DNA of 64,000 nt from Minisyncoccota bacterium (GTDB taxonomy: Bacteria > Patescibacteriota > Minisyncoccia > Phycocordibacterales > XYD1-FULL-46-19). Every line of letters begins with the position of its first letter. Position 1 is the stretch's first letter. A model generated the notes under the pieces. That model did not search any database, was not told where the DNA came from, and saw only the letters and a program-made list of their open reading frames with translations. The position numbers and the translations under genes were made by a program. The stretch is from assembly GCA_041657405.1 (NCBI GenBank), contig JBBABX010000001.1:106316-170315 (forward strand), given 5' to 3'. Positions 17,702 to 27,504 of this stretch are shown here, piece by piece.

Positions 17702-19414
17702 ATGATTGACCCCAATAGTCAAACAACTGACAAACAACTAAAAGAGCTTCGTGAAAAAGAAGCCGAGGAATTGGCTCAAACCCTTTCTGGTCACTATGGA
17801 CTTCCATATCTTGATCTTTCAAAAACAGCCATAAACACCGATGCCTTGCGTTTAATACCCGAAAATGAAGCCCGTCAAGCCGCTGTCGCCACCTTTAAAG
17901 CCTTGGATAAAAATATCAGTTTGGCCGTTTTGTCACCCCACAAGCCCGAGACTTTGGCGATAATCAAGGATTTGCAAAACAAAAATTTCAAAATAGAAAT
18001 TTTTATGGTTTCCGAAGTTGGTCTAGAAAATGCCTGGTCTCGTTATCGTGAAGTTTCTTTATCAGAAAAGACAAAGGCTGGTATGATTGAAATTTCTGAA
18101 GAAGATATCACTCGCTTAACAGAACAGTGTAAAACTATTACTGATATCAAGACAGAAATAGACAAAGAAAGCGGTCTCGCTTTAAATCAAGGTGGTATTT
18201 CAGGTATTTTAGAAGTTATCTTAGCTGGTGGATTGGTTACTGACGCGTCAGATATTCATATTGAACCAGAACAAAAAACAATTCGTCTTCGCTACCGTCT
18301 AGATGGAGTATTGCAAGATGTAGCTGATTTCCCGCTCAAAATCCATAAGCAAATAATTTCCCGCCTAAAACTAATTTCTGGTATGAAATTAAATATTAAA
18401 GAAGCCTCTCAAGATGGACGCTTCTCCATCTCTTTAGAAAATACCGAGATTGAAATTCGGTCATCAATCATTCCTTCCGCTTATGGGGAATCTGTTGTTT
18501 TGCGTATTTTAAATCCCAAAACGATTGAATTAACTTTTGATAAACTCGGAGTAGAAAAAAAACTTTTTGAAATTTTTAATCAGGAAATCCACAAGCCGAA
18601 CGGTCTAATTCTTCTAACTGGCCCAACTGGCTCCGGTAAAACAACAACTCTTTATGCCTTTTTACGAGAAATAAATTCGCCAGAAAATAAAATTATTACG
18701 ATTGAAGACCCAATTGAATACCATTTAGGGGGAATCAACCAAACTCAGGTTAACGCCAAACAGGGTTATACTTTTCTTTCTGGTTTACGCAGTGCTTTGC
18801 GTCAAGACCCCGATGTCATTATGATTGGTGAAATCCGCGATGGAGAAACAGCTAAAACTGCTATTCAATCTTCTCTAACTGGACACTTGGTTTTTTCCAC
18901 CCTGCACACCAATAACGCCCAGGGGACTATTCCTCGCTTGATTGATCTTGGTGTTAACCCTAAAATTATCACCTCTTCATTAACTCTTTCCATCGCCCAA
19001 CGCTTATTGCGTAAACTTTGCCCACATTGCAAAAAAGAAGTTGCCGTTAAAGAGAGCGAGAAAGAATTACTTAACGCGGTTATCAAAAGTGTTATAGAAA
19101 AAAGACCCGAATTAGTACCCCCAGAGTGGCAGGGTGCAATAACTGAAAATAATAAAATTTTTGTGCCTGGTGGCTGTGAAAAGTGTAATGGTATCGGTTA
19201 TAAAGGGCGGGAAGGAATTTTTGAAGCCATCACGATGGATGACGCAATCGCGGCAACCACAATTGCTAACCCTAGCGAAAAAGAAATAAAGATAGCAGCC
19301 AAGACTCAAGGAATCTTAGATATGAGACAAGATGGAATCTTAAAAGTTATTACTGGTCAGACTTCTTTGGAAGAACTCTCTCGTGTTGTAGATTTGTATG
19401 AAGAAATCATTTAA
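17702..19414 (+). CDS. Type IV pilus assembly ATPase (PilB/GspE family)
   Basis: ASDIHIEP, GPTGSGKTTT, TIEDPIEY, LRQDPDVIMIGEIRD, STLHTN, tetra-Cys motif. Confidence 0.95.
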   Translation: MIDPNSQTTDKQLKELREKEAEELAQTLSGHYGLPYLDLSKTAINTDALRLIPENEARQAAVATFKALDKNISLAVLSPHKPETLAIIKDLQNKNFKIEIFMVSEVGLENAWSRYREVSLSEKTKAGMIEISEEDITRLTEQCKTITDIKTEIDKESGLALNQGGISGILEVILAGGLVTDASDIHIEPEQKTIRLRYRLDGVLQDVADFPLKIHKQIISRLKLISGMKLNIKEASQDGRFSISLENTEIEIRSSIIPSAYGESVVLRILNPKTIELTFDKLGVEKKLFEIFNQEIHKPNGLILLTGPTGSGKTTTLYAFLREINSPENKIITIEDPIEYHLGGINQTQVNAKQGYTFLSGLRSALRQDPDVIMIGEIRDGETAKTAIQSSLTGHLVFSTLHTNNAQGTIPRLIDLGVNPKIITSSLTLSIAQRLLRKLCPHCKKEVAVKESEKELLNAVIKSVIEKRPELVPPEWQGAITENNKIFVPGGCEKCNGIGYKGREGIFEAITMDDAIAATTIANPSEKEIKIAAKTQGILDMRQDGILKVITGQTSLEELSRVVDLYEEII

Positions 19415-19698
19415 ATCGTTCTTTGTAAAATAAAAATAATCAAGACTACAAACCTCCAAGCAATCCCTTTGGATGTGCATCTAAAGTTAAGTAATCCCTC
19501 AAGGATAGCTTCAGTAAAACTCACTGCTAAGGTGAAAACCAAAGCGTCCTTTCGAAAAAACCCGTTAGATCTATAAATAGATCTAGATTGTTTGGAGGTT
19601 TGTAAGCTTGATTTAAGACAAAAAAATAAACGTTGAATTAAAACAATAAATTTTTTCATTTCAGCGTCTAAATTATATGCTATCATAAAACAATTTTA

Positions 19699-20730
19699 AT
19701 GTCAAGTGTTTTAGACCCCCTTATGAATAACAACACCCCCCCTAAAGAAGACCTATATTTAGACTGTTCCTTACGTCCTTTGGCTTGGGTAGATTATATT
19801 GGTCAAAAAAATATCAAGGATAATTTACAAATTCTTTTGACTGCCGCCAAAGAACGCCAGCAACCACCAGAACATCTGCTTTTTTATGGTCCTCCGGGTT
19901 TAGGCAAAACAACTCTTGCTCATTTGGTAGCCAAAGAAATAAATGCTCAAATAAAAGTGACCTCCGGTCCAGCAATTGAAAAAGTTGGTGATCTGGCTTC
20001 TATTCTTACAAATTTATCAGCGGGTGATATTCTATTTATTGATGAGGTTCACCGCCTCAATAAAATGATTGAGGAGGTGCTTTATCCCGCGATGGAATCC
20101 GGGCATTTAAATATTATTATTGGCAAAGGACCGGGAGCAAGAGTGATTCAAATTGATTTGCCACCCTTTACCCTTTTAGCCGCTACTACTAGAATTGCAG
20201 CAATTTCTTCACCTTTACGTTCTCGATTTTCTGGTGGCACTTTTAAATTAGAATTTTATACTGATCAAGAAATTAGTGAGATTTTAAGACGATCAGCTCA
20301 AATTCTAGGAATTGAACTTGATGAAGAAAGCTCTTTATCAATTGCCAAACGTAGTCGTTTTACTCCACGTATTGCCAATCATTTACTCAAACGTTGTCGT
20401 GATTACGCCCAAGTTACCAAAAGAGCCCTCTCTCCCAAAACTATTCGCGAATCTCTAGAATTAATGGGGATTGACGAATTGGGATTAAACGAACCTGACC
20501 GTAAAATTTTAGAAGTGATTATTGAAAAATTTGATGGTGGACCAGTTGGGGTCGGAACGATTGCTACTGCTTTATCAGAAGAAGAAGCTACAATTGAAGA
20601 TGTTTATGAGCCATACTTAATTCAACTTGGTTTTTTAGAAAGAACTCCTCGAGGACGAGTTGCAACAAATAAAGGTTATGAACATCTTGGTTTTGATTTA
20701 CCAGCGGAAAAACAATCAAGACTTATCTAG
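19699..20730 (+). CDS. ruvB: Holliday junction helicase RuvB
   Basis: SLRP..DYIGQ, GPPGLGKTTLA, FIDEVHRL, EPYLIQ.GFLERTPRGR. Confidence 0.98.
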   Translation: MSSVLDPLMNNNTPPKEDLYLDCSLRPLAWVDYIGQKNIKDNLQILLTAAKERQQPPEHLLFYGPPGLGKTTLAHLVAKEINAQIKVTSGPAIEKVGDLASILTNLSAGDILFIDEVHRLNKMIEEVLYPAMESGHLNIIIGKGPGARVIQIDLPPFTLLAATTRIAAISSPLRSRFSGGTFKLEFYTDQEISEILRRSAQILGIELDEESSLSIAKRSRFTPRIANHLLKRCRDYAQVTKRALSPKTIRESLELMGIDELGLNEPDRKILEVIIEKFDGGPVGVGTIATALSEEEATIEDVYEPYLIQLGFLERTPRGRVATNKGYEHLGFDLPAEKQSRLI

Positions 20731-20772
20731 TTTATCTTTTTTATATTATCTAATTCATAAATATCCCAATTT

Positions 20773-21312
20773 ATGTCAGGTCACAACAAATGGACACAAA
20801 TTAAACACAAAAAGGGTGCCGAAGACGCTAAGCGTAGTAAACTTTTTTCAATGTTAGTGCGAACTATCACGGTTGAATCGAGACTAGCTGATGGCAACCG
20901 CGAAGCGCCCAACTTAAAAGCAGTTATCGCGCGTGCTAAAGCGGCTAATATGCCTATAAATAATATTGAACGTGCCATAGAAAAAGGTGTCGGCACTAAT
21001 GGAGAATCATTCGAAGAAGTAATTTATGAAGCCTACGGCCCCGGCGGAGTCGCCCTTCTGATTATCGGCTTAACTGACAATAAAAATCGAACTACTCCCG
21101 AGATAAAACATCTTTTGTCTGAATATAATATCAATTTAAGTTCTCAGGGTTCAACCCAGTGGGCTTTTGTAAAAAAAGAAGATGGATGGCAAGCACAAAA
21201 TCCTATTCCCTTATCGGATCCCGATCAAGAAAAATTACAGGAACTTTTAGAAGCCCTAAACGAACATGAGGATATAAAAAATATTTTTCACAATGTTAGT
21301 GAGATCAACTAA
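20773..21312 (+). CDS. yebC: YebC/PmpR family protein (short form)
   Basis: MSGHNKWTQIKHKKG, YEAYGPGG, TDNKNRT. Confidence 0.93.
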   Translation: MSGHNKWTQIKHKKGAEDAKRSKLFSMLVRTITVESRLADGNREAPNLKAVIARAKAANMPINNIERAIEKGVGTNGESFEEVIYEAYGPGGVALLIIGLTDNKNRTTPEIKHLLSEYNINLSSQGSTQWAFVKKEDGWQAQNPIPLSDPDQEKLQELLEALNEHEDIKNIFHNVSEIN

Positions 21313-21790
21313 AATTTTAGGAATTGACCCTGGCTATGATCGACTAGGTTTGGCTATTGTTGAAAAAGGATCTTCTGATTTCAAATTAATCTATTCTGCT
21401 TGCCTTCAAACTAGTAAAAAAGATGACTTGTCTTTACGTTTTTTATTTTTGGGACAAAAATTAAAAGATATTATTAAAAAAGAAAAACCCGACAGTGTTG
21501 CTTTGGAAACTCTATATTTTTCTGTTAACCAAAAAACAGCCAGTAAAGTAGCCGAGGTTCGAGGAATGATAACTTATATTTGTGCTAGTTTGGGATTGCC
21601 AATTTTTGAATATAATCCGATGCAAATAAAAGTTTGTGTGGCTGGTTGGGGTGGTGCTGGTAAAAAACAGATAATTGAATTAGTTAAAAAACAAATCATA
21701 GTTCCAAACACTGTAAAAATAGATGATGAATACGACGCTATTGCTATCGCCCTCACACATCTCGCAATGTCTAAAACTCTAAAATATTAA
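21293..21790 (+). CDS. ruvC: Holliday junction resolvase RuvC
   Basis: ILGIDPG, VALE..F, DDEYDAIAIALTH. Confidence 0.95.
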   Translation: MLVRSTKILGIDPGYDRLGLAIVEKGSSDFKLIYSACLQTSKKDDLSLRFLFLGQKLKDIIKKEKPDSVALETLYFSVNQKTASKVAEVRGMITYICASLGLPIFEYNPMQIKVCVAGWGGAGKKQIIELVKKQIIVPNTVKIDDEYDAIAIALTHLAMSKTLKY

Positions 21791-21974
21791 GAAGATTGGT
21801 TTTTTCCATTTTTCTAAAAACCTTTTTAAAATAAGCTTAAAATATCTGTTTTTTCATCTTATCCACAATTAGTTTTAAAAACTATTGCAAAATTTTTTAC
21901 TTATGTTAAAAAATAATAACTTGAAAATAAATAAAGGTCGTGGCTGGTTTATTATTAGCTATAAGTAACATAAA

Positions 21975-22121
21975 ATGGACGACTTATATAATGATGACGC
22001 TTTTGGTGGTGTTGCCTTAAGCGACGACGATACAGAACTTGATACTGAAGACGAAGTTGAAGATTTGGATGATGAAATAGAAACAGACGATGATTTTGAT
22101 GGTGATTACGAAGAAGAATAA
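21975..22121 (+). CDS. 48-aa extremely acidic microprotein (not in ORF track)
   Basis: MDDLYNDDAFGGVALSDDDTELDTEDEVEDLDDEIETDDDFDGDYEEE*; followed by a terminator. Confidence 0.7.
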   Translation: MDDLYNDDAFGGVALSDDDTELDTEDEVEDLDDEIETDDDFDGDYEEE

Positions 22122-22143
22122 AAATCCATTTACAAACCAAACA

Positions 22144-22178
22144 AAAAAAGGGGGGCTTAACCCCCCCCTTTTTTTTTG
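22144..22178. terminator. Bidirectional intrinsic terminator
   Basis: A-run, G-run, loop, C-run, T-run between the convergent microprotein gene and tyrS. Confidence 0.8.
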
Positions 22179-22198
22179 GTTTTTATTTAGAAAAAAAA

Positions 22199-23389
22199 TT
22201 ATTTAACTTCAATCTTAAGAAAATTTTTCTTACCAACCTTAAGAATTAGCCCTTTTTCTATTTTAAATGAAATATTAGTAATTTTGCCCCCCTCAATATC
22301 ACTTAAACCACCTCCTTCAACTAACCGACGAAAACCACTCTTTGATTTGATTAAACCATTCTCAAGTAAAATATCTACCAAAAAAACCCCTTTAGTAACA
22401 AACACCGACTTGATATCAGTTGGGACTTCTTTTTTTTGAAAAGTTTTAACAAAAAAGTCTCGCGCTTCATCGGCTTTTTTAGAACTATGATAAAGAGCGG
22501 TAATTTCCCAAGCTAACCGCATTTTTAGGTCGCGCGGATTTTGAAGTCCAATTGTGTTTTGTATTTCGGTTATTTCTTGCATAGACAAATCAGTAGCTAG
22601 AAAAAAATACTTATTTATTAAATCGTCACGCATAGACATCAACTTACCAAACATATCATTTGGCTCATCAGTGATATTTATAACATTGCCCCAACTGGTA
22701 GACATTTTACGCCCATCAGTCCCCTCCAACATCTGACAAGTTAAAACATCTTGTTCAGGTTGACCATAATGACGTTGAACCACTCGACCAGCCTTAAGGT
22801 TAAAAAGTTGATCAAAACCACCAATCTCAATATCTGCTTTTACTTTTACTGAATCATAGCCCTGCATAATTGGATATAAAAATTCCCGCAGAGAAATCTC
22901 CTCTTGATGTTCATAACGATCTTTAAAATTACGCCTAGCTAACATTTGTTGAACTGAAAAACTTTCAGCCAAAAGTGACAGCTCTTTTAAATTAATTTTA
23001 GATAACCACTTACTATTGTATTTAAAAGTTGTCCGACGCAAATCTATAATCTTACTTAATGATTTCTTATAATCTTTAAGATTTTTCTTAATAACTACAG
23101 CGTCTATCATTGGTCTTTTTCCTAGTTTATCAGATGGATCACCAATTTGGGCTGTAAAATCACCAATTATTAAAATTATTTTATGATCTAATTCTTGAAA
23201 TTTTTTTAGTTTTTGCAAAACAACAGCTCTCCCTAGATGAATTTTAGGTCCAGTTGGGTCAATCCCAAACTTAACAACTAATTTTTTACCTGACCTTAAT
23301 TTTTTTTCTAAACTTTCTTTTACAAAAACATCTTCTACTCCTCTAGTTAAAATATCTTGTATTTTTTGTTCTTTTTCTTTTAGATTCAT
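22199..23389 (-). CDS. tyrS: Tyrosyl-tRNA synthetase
   Basis: GIDPTG..IHLG, YPIMQGYD, GGFDQ, KMSTS, C-terminal S4 domain. Confidence 0.97.
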   Translation of the reverse strand: MNLKEKEQKIQDILTRGVEDVFVKESLEKKLRSGKKLVVKFGIDPTGPKIHLGRAVVLQKLKKFQELDHKIILIIGDFTAQIGDPSDKLGKRPMIDAVVIKKNLKDYKKSLSKIIDLRRTTFKYNSKWLSKINLKELSLLAESFSVQQMLARRNFKDRYEHQEEISLREFLYPIMQGYDSVKVKADIEIGGFDQLFNLKAGRVVQRHYGQPEQDVLTCQMLEGTDGRKMSTSWGNVINITDEPNDMFGKLMSMRDDLINKYFFLATDLSMQEITEIQNTIGLQNPRDLKMRLAWEITALYHSSKKADEARDFFVKTFQKKEVPTDIKSVFVTKGVFLVDILLENGLIKSKSGFRRLVEGGGLSDIEGGKITNISFKIEKGLILKVGKKNFLKIEVK

Positions 23390-23443
23390 AAAATAAAAAT
23401 ACCATATATTAGCTTTTTACACCATCTGTGTTAATATTTAGCC

Positions 23444-25921
23444 ATGCAAAAAAAGAAACAGCAAGTAATAAATTATACTATAAAATTTATCTTATTGGTT
23501 TTAATTTTAGGTTTTGTCTCGAGTGGAATCACAACAATTTGGGCAATTTCCCTACCAGTACCCGATTTTGAAACTTTTTTTGAAAAACAAATAAACCAAG
23601 CATCCACTAAAATCTATGACCGAACCGGCAAAACCCTGCTTTATGATGTTCGTGGTATCCGTCGAACAGTCGTCTCTTTTGAAAAAATACCGAGCCATAT
23701 CAAACAAGCAACTTTAGCCATAGAAGATGCTGAATTTTATACTCACAAAGGGGTCGATATAAGCTCTATTGCTAGAGCTTTTTGGGTTAATTTAGTCTCT
23801 GGTGGTATTCATCAAGGTGGTTCAACTATCACTCAACAAGTTGTTAAAAATTCTCTTCTTACCCAAGAAAAAACCCTAACTCGAAAAATAAAAGAGGCTA
23901 TCTTGGCGGTTAAAATGGAACAAACAATGTCTAAAGATGATATTTTAAATATTTACCTCAATGAATCACCTTATGGTAGTAATATTTATGGAGTCCAAGA
24001 GGCAGCTAAGGCTTATTTTAAAAAAGACATTAATGATATAACCCTAGCCGAAGCTGCTTATCTAGCCTCCCTTCCTCAGGCCCCTGGTTATTATTCCCCT
24101 TATGGAAAAAATAAAGCTAAACTAGATGATCGCAAGAATTTGGTTTTAAATCAAATGGTCAAAAATGATTTTATCACTGAAGAGGAGGCTGAAAAAGCCA
24201 AAGTTGAGGAAGTTGTATTTTATGAAAAAATAAATCAAAGCATCAAGGCCCCACATTTTGTATTTTTTATTAAAGAATATTTAGAAAATAAATATGGCGC
24301 AGACAATATTCAAAATAAAGGTTATAAGGTTATAACCACAATTGATTGGGATCTTCAACAAAAAGCTGAGGAATTAGCTAAAAAACACGGTGAAGAAAAT
24401 GAAAATAAATTCAATGCTCAAAATAATGGGGTTGTAGCAATCGATCCTAAGACTGGGCAAATTTTAGCTATGGTTGGCTCTCGTGATTATTTTAATCAAG
24501 ATATTGAAGGTAATTTCAACGTTACTACTGCCCATCGACAACCTGGTTCATCTTTTAAACCAATAGTTTACGCTACCGCCTTTAATAAAGGCTACACAGA
24601 TAAAACTGTTGTTTTTGATTTAAAAACTGAATTTAATACAAACTGCAGCCCCACAGGCATCCCTTTAACAACTGGGGCGCAATGTTATTCCCCTGTTAAT
24701 TATGACGATAAATTTGTTGGACCGATAACCCTAAGAGAGGCTTTGGCTCAATCTAGAAATATTCCAGCAATTAAAGTTCTTTATTTAGCAGGAATAAACA
24801 ATTCCCTAAATACAGCTCGTTCTTTGGGAATTTCAAGTTTGAGTGATAAAAATCAATACGGACTAACTTTAGTCCTTGGGGGTGGGGAAGTTTCTTTATT
24901 AGAAATGACTGGGGCTTATTCTGTTTTTGCTAATGAGGGAATAAAAAATAAAATAACCGGTATCTTAAAAGTTGCAAATCCTAATGAAAAAATAGTGGAG
25001 GAATTTATTTCTAAACCAGAGATAGTCATGCCAGAAAATACCGCTAGAATAATAAGTAATATATTATCAGACGATGACGCTCGCGCTCCAGCTTATGGCT
25101 ATCATTCCTTACTTTATTTCTCTAATAAAGATGTTGCTGTTAAAACAGGAACAACTAATGATTATAAAGATGCTTGGATAATTGGCTACACTCCCAATAT
25201 TGTAATTGGTGCTTGGGCAGGAAATAACGACAATACTCCTATGGCTAAAAAAGTAGCTGGTTATATAATTACCCCTCTTTGGCATGATGTGATGCAAACA
25301 GCTCTTAATCGTCTTCCTGATGAACGTTTTATTCCACCAATTTTAAATTATGAGGGGTTAAAACCAATAATGAAAGGTTATTGGCAAGGAGGAGAAATAA
25401 ATTTTGTTGATTTACCAAATCAACAAAATTTAGAATATATAAATAATTCAATTCATTCCATTCTTTATTGGATTGATAAAAATAATCCAACAGGTCAATC
25501 TCCTTCAAATCCTCAAAGAGATCCTCAGTTTAATCTTTGGGAATATCCGGTAAAAATTTGGGCTACTAATAATAATTTAGATTCTGGTAAAACATTTATT
25601 AATACTCAAGATGGGGAAAATTTAGAAAACAACTTAGAAGATATTTCTTTTAATATTACTTCCCCAAAACAAGGTGATAATATTGAACTTAAAAAAACCT
25701 TAAGAGTAGTTTTAGACATCCCAGAAAATATTGAAATTTCACAAATTAATTATTTTTTAAATAATTATAGTTTAGGAACAAATAAAAAACCTCCCTATAC
25801 TACATCCTTTACCCCCTCTCGATTAAAATTAGAACCTGGAAGTTATGATCTTAGGGTGGTTGTTTACGATAAAAAAGATAACCCCTTTGTTAAATCAATT
25901 ACAATAAATCTAATTAATTAG
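23444..25921 (+). CDS. Class A penicillin-binding protein (PBP1A family)
   Basis: EDAEFY, QGGSTITQQ glycosyltransferase motifs; SSFK, SRN, KTGT transpeptidase motifs; C-terminal Ig-like domain. Confidence 0.96.
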   Translation: MQKKKQQVINYTIKFILLVLILGFVSSGITTIWAISLPVPDFETFFEKQINQASTKIYDRTGKTLLYDVRGIRRTVVSFEKIPSHIKQATLAIEDAEFYTHKGVDISSIARAFWVNLVSGGIHQGGSTITQQVVKNSLLTQEKTLTRKIKEAILAVKMEQTMSKDDILNIYLNESPYGSNIYGVQEAAKAYFKKDINDITLAEAAYLASLPQAPGYYSPYGKNKAKLDDRKNLVLNQMVKNDFITEEEAEKAKVEEVVFYEKINQSIKAPHFVFFIKEYLENKYGADNIQNKGYKVITTIDWDLQQKAEELAKKHGEENENKFNAQNNGVVAIDPKTGQILAMVGSRDYFNQDIEGNFNVTTAHRQPGSSFKPIVYATAFNKGYTDKTVVFDLKTEFNTNCSPTGIPLTTGAQCYSPVNYDDKFVGPITLREALAQSRNIPAIKVLYLAGINNSLNTARSLGISSLSDKNQYGLTLVLGGGEVSLLEMTGAYSVFANEGIKNKITGILKVANPNEKIVEEFISKPEIVMPENTARIISNILSDDDARAPAYGYHSLLYFSNKDVAVKTGTTNDYKDAWIIGYTPNIVIGAWAGNNDNTPMAKKVAGYIITPLWHDVMQTALNRLPDERFIPPILNYEGLKPIMKGYWQGGEINFVDLPNQQNLEYINNSIHSILYWIDKNNPTGQSPSNPQRDPQFNLWEYPVKIWATNNNLDSGKTFINTQDGENLENNLEDISFNITSPKQGDNIELKKTLRVVLDIPENIEISQINYFLNNYSLGTNKKPPYTTSFTPSRLKLEPGSYDLRVVVYDKKDNPFVKSITINLIN

Positions 25922-25922
25922 A

Positions 25923-26180
25923 TTATTTGATATTTAAAATAATTTTTTCACCCAGTCTTTTTTTAATCTCGTCCAAAATCTGATTTTTTTGGATTAAAAT
26001 AGTTAATTTTAATTTTGTTGTTGTTTTTAAATAAAGATTATTATTAGAAATATTAAAATCTTCTTTTTTTAAATCTACATCAATTAGATCTTTAACTATT
26101 TTTATAACTTCATCTTTTATTAAAGAAGATTTAATTAAATTAATTTGGTATTTTTGTAAATAATTTAAAATATTATCCAT
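25923..26180 (-). CDS. Small hypothetical protein downstream of dnaN (possibly DciA-like)
   Basis: 85-aa ORF co-oriented with dnaN; the DciA suggestion rests only on position and size. Confidence 0.5.
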   Translation of the reverse strand: MDNILNYLQKYQINLIKSSLIKDEVIKIVKDLIDVDLKKEDFNISNNNLYLKTTTKLKLTILIQKNQILDEIKKRLGEKIILNIK

Positions 26181-26183
26181 TTG

Positions 26184-27293
26184 TTATGATTTTGATCTTA
26201 TCGGCATTACAATATAACTAAAAGATTCATCTCCAACCCCTTGAATTAATAGGGGTTTATCTTTACTGGTAAATTTTAAACTCAAATCTTTTTGGTTAAT
26301 AATTGACAAACAATCAATTATATATTTAACATTAAAACTAATTGTTAAATCTTCACCCTTTATATTTGTTATAATTTGTGAAATATTTTCCCCAATATCT
26401 TGATTTAGAGCTGTAACTTCAAAAATATTTTCTTTAGATTTAATTATAAAATCAATTTGACTATATTTATCTGAAAAAATATTAGCTATTTTTAAATTAT
26501 TAATTAAATCATTATGAGTGATAATTACTTCTGTTTTATGATTTTGGGGCATAATTTGACAATAATCAGGATAATTACCATTAATTATTCTCGATGTTAA
26601 ATGAATAAAATCTGAAATAAAAGATATTTGATTACCATCTGAAGTTATTTTTAAAACAGAATTAAGACGATCAAAAACCCTGATAATTTCATTAACATTT
26701 CTAAAAGGAATAATTATTGGGGAAAAATCTCTAATTTTTTCTTTTAAAGTAATTTTCTTTTCTGCTAAACGAAAAGAATCGGTTGCAACAAATATAATCT
26801 CATTACTGTTTTTATAAATATAAACACTTGCTATTTCTGGTTTTATATCAGAAATAGCTGAAGCAAAAACAACAGAACGAAGACTATTAATAAAATCACT
26901 ACTGTTTATTTCAAAACTATCACCCTTAATAACTTTTGGGATAATTGGGAAATCATCTATTGGCAAACTTTTTATTGTAGTAGATGTTAATTCAGTATTA
27001 ATTTTAATATTTCCCTTGTCTGAAGTTATTTTTAATTTATTTTCTTTTTGTAAATTAGAAAGAAAAGTGCTTAAAATTATAGCATTTACGGCGATTTCAC
27101 CTTCTTCTTCAACTTTTGCGGGAATTTCAATTTCTAAACCAATTTCTAAATTAGTTGCTTTTATAATTAACGATTTATTTTTTGCTTGAAGTAAAATTGA
27201 ATTCAAAATTGGTAAACTTAAATTTTTACCACTAGCTTTTTCGGCTAAAATAATACCCTCTTGTATTCTTTCTTTTAAGCATTCTATAATCAT
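26184..27293 (-). CDS. dnaN: DNA polymerase III beta clamp
   Basis: LPILNSILL, ATNLE, VATDSFRL, GNYPDY, YIVMP. Confidence 0.97.
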   Translation of the reverse strand: MIIECLKERIQEGIILAEKASGKNLSLPILNSILLQAKNKSLIIKATNLEIGLEIEIPAKVEEEGEIAVNAIILSTFLSNLQKENKLKITSDKGNIKINTELTSTTIKSLPIDDFPIIPKVIKGDSFEINSSDFINSLRSVVFASAISDIKPEIASVYIYKNSNEIIFVATDSFRLAEKKITLKEKIRDFSPIIIPFRNVNEIIRVFDRLNSVLKITSDGNQISFISDFIHLTSRIINGNYPDYCQIMPQNHKTEVIITHNDLINNLKIANIFSDKYSQIDFIIKSKENIFEVTALNQDIGENISQIITNIKGEDLTISFNVKYIIDCLSIINQKDLSLKFTSKDKPLLIQGVGDESFSYIVMPIRSKS

Positions 27294-27504
27294 ATTAAGT
27301 ATTTTATTTAAGTATTCTATTACTATTAATATTGTTGATATGTGGAAAATTAAATCTAATCTTATTTATCAACCTATTTATTAACATTTAATTATAATTA
27401 AATGTTAATAAATAGGTTGATAAATAATTAATATTTTTTATTTTAAAATTATCCATAAATTATCAATACAATTTCCACAAGTTTTTCCACAAATTTTAAA
27501 CAGT
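27294..27504. promoter_or_regulatory. oriC-like region (dnaA-dnaN intergenic)
   Basis: Very AT-rich; DnaA-box-like TGTGGAAAA 27341, TTATCCATA 27449, ATTTCCACA 27471, TTTTCCACA 27483. Confidence 0.75.
27362..27427. repeat. Perfect 66-bp palindrome with no loop
   Basis: TTATTTATCAACCTATTTATTAACATTTAATTA followed directly by its reverse complement. Confidence 0.92.

Noticed and set aside
19411-19686. 91-aa minus-strand ORF between the pilus ATPase and ruvB
   Set aside because: No recognisable motif; cannot be distinguished from a chance ORF.
21955-22140. 61-aa minus-strand His/Arg-rich ORF
   Set aside because: Mirror of the D/E-rich plus-strand microprotein.
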